A stretch of DNA of 12,615 nucleotides, from assembly GCA_903916665.1 (NCBI GenBank), contig CAIWXP010000108.1:1-12615 (forward strand), written 5' to 3'. This document shows, piece after piece, positions 1 to 5,156 of this stretch. The notes below the pieces were generated by a model, which searched no databases, was not told where the DNA came from, and worked only from the letters and a program-made list of their open reading frames with translations. Both the position numbers and the translations under genes were made by a program. Positions within the stretch are counted from its first letter, which is position 1. Each line of letters begins with the position of its first letter. The stretch is from Candidatus Iainarchaeum sp. GTDB lineage: Archaea > Iainarchaeota > Iainarchaeia > Iainarchaeales > 0-14-0-20-30-16.

Positions 1-707
1 AAGAAAATAAAGAAACTGCATTAGTAGACAAAGATAATAGATCTTTAGTAGCAAAAACAGATTTAACAAATAATTTGTTTTATCATATACCGTATAAGAG
101 TGATTCTAGTTACTATGGTTTGCCAGTAGGATCCTGTGCAACAGAATCAACAATCAATTATATTGGTTCAGATGAAATGTTAAATTGTGGTACTGGTGTT
201 GCTGCATTTAAAAATATTATTATTAATGATTTATCTTCAAAAAGATCATCAATAAATATAGCTTTAATAGGAACAGTAAAAGATAATACTATAACTTTAG
301 ATTATTATTCTGCACCAGGATTAGCAGTTTATGATTGTAGTGTAGATATTGAAAGTTGTTTCAAAACTTTTGGCAAAGATAATGCCTATCTATATTATAG
401 AAACAATATTTATTTTGCAAAAGATTTTACAAATATACCTAGTTTATCTAATTTGCCAAATGTGCAAGTATTATTTTTAGATACAATTTCTGGAAGTAAT
501 TCGGCTCAAGAAAAATTAGGTTATACTTATTATAAGATAGATTCTTTGCAAGCTATTATTGATAGTGTAAATAATGCAGATCTTTTGCAAGAATATGAAT
601 CTGGAAGGTATACATATATTTGGAATTTACCAAAAATATTAAAAGAAGTTGCAAGTAGCAATGATTTTCAAAATAAACTTCCAAATCCAGTAGCGGCTCG
701 TAAATAA
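1..707 (+). CDS. C-terminal part of a longer hypothetical protein, probably extracytoplasmic (5' end lies outside the window)
   Basis: The reading frame is open from base 3 (ENKETALVDKDNRSLVAKTDLTNN...), so the TTG at 75 in the ORF track is probably internal. Stop TAA at 705-707. This part has no TM segment. It is N/S/T/Y-rich with four Cys (SCATES, LNCGTG, YDCSVD, ESCFK). No family recognised. Confidence 0.6.
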   Translation, partial: ENKETALVDKDNRSLVAKTDLTNNLFYHIPYKSDSSYYGLPVGSCATESTINYIGSDEMLNCGTGVAAFKNIIINDLSSKRSSINIALIGTVKDNTITLDYYSAPGLAVYDCSVDIESCFKTFGKDNAYLYYRNNIYFAKDFTNIPSLSNLPNVQVLFLDTISGSNSAQEKLGYTYYKIDSLQAIIDSVNNADLLQEYESGRYTYIWNLPKILKEVASSNDFQNKLPNPVAARK

Positions 708-712
708 TTATG

Positions 713-745
713 GATGCTAAACCAGCATCTTAATTTTTTCTTTTA
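713..745 (+). terminator. Hairpin plus T-rich tract downstream of the first ORF
   Basis: GATGCT (713-718) and AGCATC (724-729) form a perfect 6-bp stem with loop AAACC. The stem is followed by TTAATTTTTTCTTTT. Archaeal termination typically occurs at oligo-T tracts. Confidence 0.4.
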
Positions 746-761
746 TTTATTTATTTATTTA
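742..761. repeat. (TTTA)5 tandem microsatellite in the intergenic region
   Basis: Five perfect head-to-tail TTTA units, read directly at 742-761. Confidence 0.9.
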
Positions 762-767
762 ACCGAA

Positions 768-782
768 ATCTATATATATACA
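768..782 (+). promoter_or_regulatory. TATA-box-like element for the membrane-protein operon
   Basis: The (TA)5 run at 771-780 is centred about 24 nt upstream of ATG 799. That spacing fits an archaeal TATA box driving a leaderless or near-leaderless transcript. No SD-like motif lies before ATG 799. Confidence 0.45.
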
Positions 783-798
783 AAAGTATTAATCTTTT

Positions 799-1272
799 AT
801 GATTACTATGCAGGGTTTTGTATTATTATTTTCATTTTTAGAAATGTTCTCTGATATGGGGTTTATTATAAAACTATTTCTTTTAGTTGCTATTTTAGGA
901 TTTTTAAATCAACACATTGAAAATAAAATATTAAAAGTAATTGTTGCTTTGTTTATGGGCTACGTAATGTTAATTGTAAATTGGGCTACTTTTGGAACTA
1001 TGTTTGTAATTTATTCTATGCTAGGTATGGGAATATCAAGTATGTTTGTTGATTATTTCTTCATGAACCAAGGACATTCTGGGGAAGAATTACAAACTGC
1101 AGGTAAAAATCTAAATAATGCACAAAGTGAACATTATAATAAATCTCAAGGTTTACCAGCAGATTATGGTTTAGCAGAAGAAAATCAAATGGAACAACAA
1201 TTAGAACAAATGAGAGATCAACGTCAACAAAACATAAGTCAACAACAACCTCAAAAGAAAGGTTGGTTTTAA
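799..1272 (+). CDS. Small polytopic membrane protein P1 (157 aa) with a Q/E/N-rich C-terminal tail; hypothetical
   Basis: ORF with about 3-4 hydrophobic helices (FVLLFSFLEMF.., LFLLVAILGFL, ILKVIVALFMGYVMLIV, FGTMFVIYSMLGMGISSMFV). A low-complexity tail of about 60 aa follows (..EENQMEQQLEQMRDQRQQNISQQQPQKKGWF). Alternative start ATG 808. Confidence 0.7.
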   Translation: MITMQGFVLLFSFLEMFSDMGFIIKLFLLVAILGFLNQHIENKILKVIVALFMGYVMLIVNWATFGTMFVIYSMLGMGISSMFVDYFFMNQGHSGEELQTAGKNLNNAQSEHYNKSQGLPADYGLAEENQMEQQLEQMRDQRQQNISQQQPQKKGWF

Positions 1273-1284
1273 AGGTAGATAATT

Positions 1285-1659
1285 ATGAAATATATGAATG
1301 CACGCGGATTGGCAATAATAGGAGTAATTGGCGCAGCATTTCTATGTTTTATTATATTGCCGTGGATATTATTCTACATAAATGGTATGAGTAAAGTTTT
1401 ATTTCAGGTAATTATGGCCTTTACAATTCTAGGTTATGTGAAGCAAATGGGCCTGGATGGGGCACTAATGTGGATAGTTTCGGGAATTTTGATTTACTTC
1501 ATTGTATGGAAGTATATATATTTATTTTCTAGTCTATATTTGATAATGATGTTAATGGGTTTTGGTTTTACTTCTGCAATAATGTGGGGTTCCAATGCTG
1601 TTAAAGGTAAATTGGACATTGCATCTATGAATAGACAGGCTGCAAAATTGAGAAAATGA
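1285..1659 (+). CDS. Small polytopic membrane protein P2 (124 aa, about 4 TM); hypothetical
   Basis: AGGT at 1273-1276 lies 8 nt before the ATG, and the gap to P1 is 12 nt. Four hydrophobic segments and a basic C-terminus (KGKLDIASMNRQAAKLRK). Confidence 0.7.
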   Translation: MKYMNARGLAIIGVIGAAFLCFIILPWILFYINGMSKVLFQVIMAFTILGYVKQMGLDGALMWIVSGILIYFIVWKYIYLFSSLYLIMMLMGFGFTSAIMWGSNAVKGKLDIASMNRQAAKLRK

Positions 1660-1901
1660 TTTTTATGATAATGCTAGATATAGTTTTAGGAACAATAAAA
1701 GGGGATGTTTGGCTAGGTTTACTTTTGTTTTTGGGTATAACCGCCTATGCTTGGGCCAAAGGTAAGCTAGGAGACGCGTCTATTGCCGTTGCCTTTGTTT
1801 TGATCATGGGTTCAATATTTATCAACCACACTGAGTTTGTGTGGATAATAATGGGTGCCTATCTCTTCAAAGAGTATGGAAAACAGATATTTAAGGTATA
1901 G
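1656..1901 (+). CDS. Small polytopic membrane protein P3 (81 aa, about 3 TM); hypothetical
   Basis: ATGA start/stop overlap with P2 at 1656-1659, indicating translational coupling. Three hydrophobic segments. Alternative start ATG 1665. Confidence 0.65.
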   Translation: MIFMIMLDIVLGTIKGDVWLGLLLFLGITAYAWAKGKLGDASIAVAFVLIMGSIFINHTEFVWIIMGAYLFKEYGKQIFKV

Positions 1902-1936
1902 CCTAATTAGAGCTCATAAAATGAGAGCTTATTAGG
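1902..1936 (+). other. Imperfect stem-loop in the P3-P4 spacer
   Basis: CCTAATTAGAGCTCAT / AAA / ATGAGAGCTTATTAGG. 13 of 16 arm positions pair: 1902-1907 with 1931-1936, 1909-1910 with 1928-1929, and 1913-1917 with 1921-1925. It starts directly after the P3 stop. Confidence 0.5.
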
Positions 1937-1960
1937 TCATAGATATGAGAAATATAAGGT

Positions 1961-2305
1961 ATGATCATGGATTTGTTTACTTTTGCCCTATCTTTGCTTG
2001 TGATGTACATAGCTTTAACCTATGGCTATTTTTGGCTGGTTATTGTGATAGGTGCAATCCTAATTTTTATGGGTAAATCAAAGCATATACTTATAATAGT
2101 TATTGCTCTAATTATTGTATTGTTTCTACTACGTGGAACAGCCTATGAGAGCTATAGCATATATGCAGTAGCCCTAGGAATCGGAGCATTTTTATTAATG
2201 AATAAGGAAGATACAGGTGACACTTACAACCCAGAAGATCAATATGGAGACTTATTGAAGGGATTGGGTGGTGGCGGTGGTGCCGGTGGTCTTGGTGGTA
2301 TGTAA
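1961..2305 (+). CDS. Small polytopic membrane protein P4 (114 aa, about 4 TM) with an acidic then Gly-rich tail; hypothetical
   Basis: AAGGT at 1956-1960 precedes two candidate starts, ATG 1961 and ATG 1967; the second has the better SD spacing. Hydrophobic core, then tail NKEDTGDTYNPEDQYGDLLKGLGGGGGAGGLGGM. Confidence 0.7.
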   Translation: MIMDLFTFALSLLVMYIALTYGYFWLVIVIGAILIFMGKSKHILIIVIALIIVLFLLRGTAYESYSIYAVALGIGAFLLMNKEDTGDTYNPEDQYGDLLKGLGGGGGAGGLGGM

Positions 2306-2647
2306 ATGAGATATTTATTCTTGATAATTGGTTTATTGTTAACTTTAGGGGCAATGGTAAACTCAAACATATTTTATTTAGGTTTAATAGTAATGGCTTT
2401 ATCTTTTGTATTCTCTAATAATTCTGAGAAAAGCATAAGTAAAATAACAGAAAGACGTTCATTATTAGATAGATTAGACAAAGTTAAGCTAGAAGTACCA
2501 GATAACGCTATTTCAACCATTGTTGAAGATGCAATGGCAGTTACTGCAAAGATGGCAAAGGGTGCTAAAGCAGATGTTAGTACAAAGTCTATAGTTGCTG
2601 GAACATTGGGTGTAATGGACGGCGTTGGAACTGTTTTTAAAAAATAA
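2306..2647 (+). CDS. Membrane-hairpin protein P5 (113 aa, 2 TM plus a soluble domain of about 75 aa); hypothetical
   Basis: The ATG abuts the P4 stop (TAAATG at 2303-2308). Two N-terminal hydrophobic helices are followed by an A/K/V/D-rich, probably helical, region. Confidence 0.7.
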   Translation: MRYLFLIIGLLLTLGAMVNSNIFYLGLIVMALSFVFSNNSEKSISKITERRSLLDRLDKVKLEVPDNAISTIVEDAMAVTAKMAKGAKADVSTKSIVAGTLGVMDGVGTVFKK

Positions 2648-2671
2648 ATCAATCTAATTCAATTATAAATC

Positions 2672-2685
2672 TTTTTACAGTTTTT
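2672..2685 (+). terminator. Two T5 tracts downstream of the membrane-protein operon
   Basis: CTTTTTACAGTTTTTA, with T5 at 2672-2676 and at 2681-2685, about 25 nt after the P5 stop. This is an archaeal oligo-T terminator candidate. Confidence 0.35.
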
Positions 2686-2827
2686 AATATAGGCACAGAT
2701 TACTCTGTTAAATTGTAAAATATATATTGTTAAACTATAATGAGCAAATTGTGATTGAATGACCCAGTTGTTAATTTTTTCAAAAAATCAAAAATTAAAA
2801 CAGTTTCAATTAATGATGTGATAATTA

Positions 2828-3943
2828 ATGACTACTAATTTTGACTATGAATATGGAAATGCTTTGGCACAATACGAGAATGCAAAAACCGTTGAAGAAA
2901 AAATTAAAGCTTTAGAGTTAATGCAGAGTACGGCCCCAAGTCACAAGGGTGCTGAGAATTTAAGATCGGATATTGTTGGTAAATTAGCAAAAATGAAAAA
3001 CAAACTGGAAAAGAGCAAAGCTGTTAAAGGAGGATCCAAAGGTTTAAGATTCTCAAGAGATGGTTCGGCGACCATTGTTTTAATAGGTATTCCAAACAGT
3101 GGTAAAAGTACTCTATTGTCAAAAATAACCAATGCCATGCCAAAGATAAGTGACTATGCATTTACTACAAAAATTCCAGAAATTGGTATTATGGAATATA
3201 AAGGAACAAAGATTCAAATTGTTGAGTTACCCGCAATAGTTGAAGGTGCAAATAAAGGTAGAGCACGAGGAAAGGAAGTTTTGGGTTTAGTTCGTAATGG
3301 TGATTTAGTAATTTGTTGTTTATTAGGTTCAAGAGAAACTGCAGAATATTCTTTAGATGTTTTGAAAGAAGAATTAGAGTTAAGTAATATTATTGTTAAT
3401 AAAAAGCGAGTTAATTTGTCAGTAAATAAAAGTACCACTCAAGGTATTGAAATTGTGGGAGAAACAAACGTAATTGATGGTGCAGAAAATCTTTTTGATA
3501 TTTTAAAGGAAAGATATGCGCATATTATTGTTAGAGTGGATGAGAAAGCAAGTATTGCAGATATTTTAAATGCAATGGACTATACAAAAAGTTATAAAAA
3601 AGTAATTGCCATTTGGTTAGATGGTAAAGAAGCATTTACCTATAAAACAATAAAAGTTCAACCCTATAATAGCACAGAAGAAATAAAAAAATTAATCTAT
3701 GACAATTTAGATTTAATTATTGTTCACACTAGAAAGCCCGGGGAGAAAGATATTGATAATGTACCCGTTGCTCTACGTTCAGGATCTACAATAAAAGATC
3801 TTTGTAGTATGTTGCATAAAGATTTTATTGAGAAATTTAAATTTGCTAGAATATGGGGTTCAGGGAAATATCCTGGTCAACAGGTATCTTTGGATTATCC
3901 TTTAATTTCAAATGATATTGTTGAGTTTCATATTAGGGCTTAA
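2828..3943 (+). CDS. DRG/Rbg1-family (Obg-like) P-loop NTPase with a C-terminal TGS domain
   Basis: Walker A/G1 GIPNSGKST, G2-like YAFTT, and block KIQIVELPAIVEGANKGRARGKEVL, which aligns by eye to yeast Rbg1 [25 protein letters not shown]. The C-terminal block IIVHTRKPGEKDIDNVPVALRSGSTIKDLCSMLHKDF..IWGS is TGS-like. GTGAT SD at 2818-2822 lies 5 nt before the ATG. Confidence 0.85.
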   Translation: MTTNFDYEYGNALAQYENAKTVEEKIKALELMQSTAPSHKGAENLRSDIVGKLAKMKNKLEKSKAVKGGSKGLRFSRDGSATIVLIGIPNSGKSTLLSKITNAMPKISDYAFTTKIPEIGIMEYKGTKIQIVELPAIVEGANKGRARGKEVLGLVRNGDLVICCLLGSRETAEYSLDVLKEELELSNIIVNKKRVNLSVNKSTTQGIEIVGETNVIDGAENLFDILKERYAHIIVRVDEKASIADILNAMDYTKSYKKVIAIWLDGKEAFTYKTIKVQPYNSTEEIKKLIYDNLDLIIVHTRKPGEKDIDNVPVALRSGSTIKDLCSMLHKDFIEKFKFARIWGSGKYPGQQVSLDYPLISNDIVEFHIRA

Positions 3944-3961
3944 ATAACAAGGGATTATTTT

Positions 3962-4423
3962 ATGATAACATTAAAGAAAATATTTTGGTTAATAATTTTT
4001 TTATTAATTATTTTAGAGCTATGTCTATCTGTTTATTTAATTTATGAATCTCAAACTTTAGGTAATCTATGTGTTGCAGGTCAAGGTTGTGATTTAGTTC
4101 AAAGTTCAAGCTATGCCTATTTGTTTGGAATCAAATTAATGTACATTGCAATTTTTGCATTTTTATTTTTAATGACTTTATTTATTTTTAGTGAACCTTT
4201 ATTTGTATTGGCTAGCATTATTGGTGCTGCCTTTGCATTTTATTTTATTTCTTTACAGCTATTTGTTTTAAAACAAATTTGTAGTACCTGTGTAGTTATT
4301 GATTCAACAATGATACTAATTGCAATTTTAGGAATAATTGGTTATTTTACTTTGAAGAAAAAGATAATGAATAAGAGAAAGATAATTAATAAAAAGAAGA
4401 AATCAAAAAAACAAAAGAATTAG
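3962..4423 (+). CDS. VKOR-family (vitamin K epoxide reductase-like) membrane thiol oxidoreductase, stand-alone
   Basis: Four hydrophobic helices. A loop Cys pair is followed by Ser (LCVAGQGCDLVQSSSYAYLFGI). CSTC lies at the N-terminal end of the last helix (nt 4280-4291). Lys-rich C-terminal tail. Confidence 0.7.
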   Translation: MITLKKIFWLIIFLLIILELCLSVYLIYESQTLGNLCVAGQGCDLVQSSSYAYLFGIKLMYIAIFAFLFLMTLFIFSEPLFVLASIIGAAFAFYFISLQLFVLKQICSTCVVIDSTMILIAILGIIGYFTLKKKIMNKRKIINKKKKSKKQKN

Positions 4424-4426
4424 TTT

Positions 4427-5101
4427 TTATCTTATTTTAGTTAGTTCTTCTTTTATTTCTGTATTACTAACAGTAAATAATTTATCTGCATAGCTTACAA
4501 ATAGTCCTGTTTCTAATATTCCTGGAGTAGTATTTAATTTAAAATTTAAATCATCAAAATCTAATATTTTTGTATTTAATTTTAAATCAATTATATAATT
4601 AGTTTCTAAAGTTTTAACTCTTTGTCCTAGTTTAGTTCTTATTTTTGCATCTCCAAAAGAATATAATTCTTTTTCAATTAAATGTGTTCCAAATCTAGAA
4701 ACTTCTAAAGGAATTGCAGGAATTTCAGAATTAAATAATTCATTGTAGACAAAAACATAGTTTTCTTTTGCGTATTTTGCAACCATTTTATCTCTTATTA
4801 AACTTTGCGTACTAGTTTTAATATAATTAAACATTGAATCTGCATAGTCTGCAAAATCAATGCACAGATCAATTTTATGATGCAATGGGACTAATTCAAT
4901 ATTGAATTCATGGGCCAGGTGCGCAATATCTATTGATGTTGGAACTAACTTCAATTTTAAATCATTTATTATATTATGAATTGCTAATTCTCTTAAAATT
5001 TGTAATGCTGTTGATGATGTGCCTAGAGCAAGTGTACTATTGGGCTTTATTGTTTGTTTTAAAAATTTTTGAATAAAATAATTACTTAACATACATTTCA
5101 C
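4427..5101 (-). CDS. rpiA: Ribose-5-phosphate isomerase A-like protein (divergent)
   Basis: Colinear by eye with E. coli RpiA. LALGTSSTA matches VGVGTGSTA; LVPTS matches the Ser-rich strand; IDLCIDFADYAD matches IYVDGADE; YIKTSTQSLIRDK matches MIKGGGAALTREK; IPLEV matches LPVEV; TPGILETGLF matches IPGVVTVGLF. The start is either GTG 5101 or ATG 5092. Confidence 0.7.
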   Translation of the reverse strand: MKCMLSNYFIQKFLKQTIKPNSTLALGTSSTALQILRELAIHNIINDLKLKLVPTSIDIAHLAHEFNIELVPLHHKIDLCIDFADYADSMFNYIKTSTQSLIRDKMVAKYAKENYVFVYNELFNSEIPAIPLEVSRFGTHLIEKELYSFGDAKIRTKLGQRVKTLETNYIIDLKLNTKILDFDDLNFKLNTTPGILETGLFVSYADKLFTVSNTEIKEELTKIR

Positions 5102-5156
5102 TTTACTAGAATTACATATATTATAACTATCAAGTATATAAAATATATACTTCCTA

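Noticed and set aside
1285-1350. P2 N-terminus MKYMNARG|LAIIGVIGAAFL as a class III (prepilin/archaellin-type) signal peptide
   Set aside because: The K/R-G followed by a hydrophobic stretch is superficially similar. However, the protein continues with three more TM helices and has no globular pilin domain, so it is more likely an ordinary first TM segment.
799-2647. Idea that the five small membrane proteins are Mrp/Mbh-type antiporter small subunits (similar sizes: about 160, 120, 80 and 115 aa)
   Set aside because: The size pattern is suggestive. However, I see none of the motifs I associate with MrpE/F/G/C or NuoK, there are no large MrpA/D-like subunits adjacent, and the soluble tails are atypical. 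This is kept only as something an HMM search should exclude.
2112-2652. Minus-strand ORFs 2112-2366 and 2374-2652, antisense to P4 and P5
   Set aside because: They lie fully inside better-supported plus-strand genes. The first is a shadow of the GGT-repeat tract, giving an His/Pro/Arg-rich nonsense product. Neither has an SD or promoter context, so they are treated as shadow ORFs.
2759-2821. 20-codon upstream ORF (MTQLLIFSKNQKLKQFQLMM) ending 7 nt before the DRG start, preceded by GTGAT
   Set aside because: It is too short and compositionally ordinary for this AT-rich DNA, and the SD spacing is only 3 nt. It cannot be supported without conservation or ribosome-profiling data.
2941-3438. Minus-strand ORFs 2941-3138 and 3214-3438, antisense to the DRG gene
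   Set aside because: They sit inside a gene with clear family motifs, are short, and have no translation signals.
4360-4423. Lys-rich C-terminal tails (VKOR KKKIMNKRKIINKKKKSKKQKN; surface protein KKIKEAKEKKEKE) as nucleic-acid-binding domains
   Set aside because: AAA and AAG codons are favoured by the extreme AT bias, and positive charge after a final TM follows the positive-inside rule. This is not evidence for a specific function.
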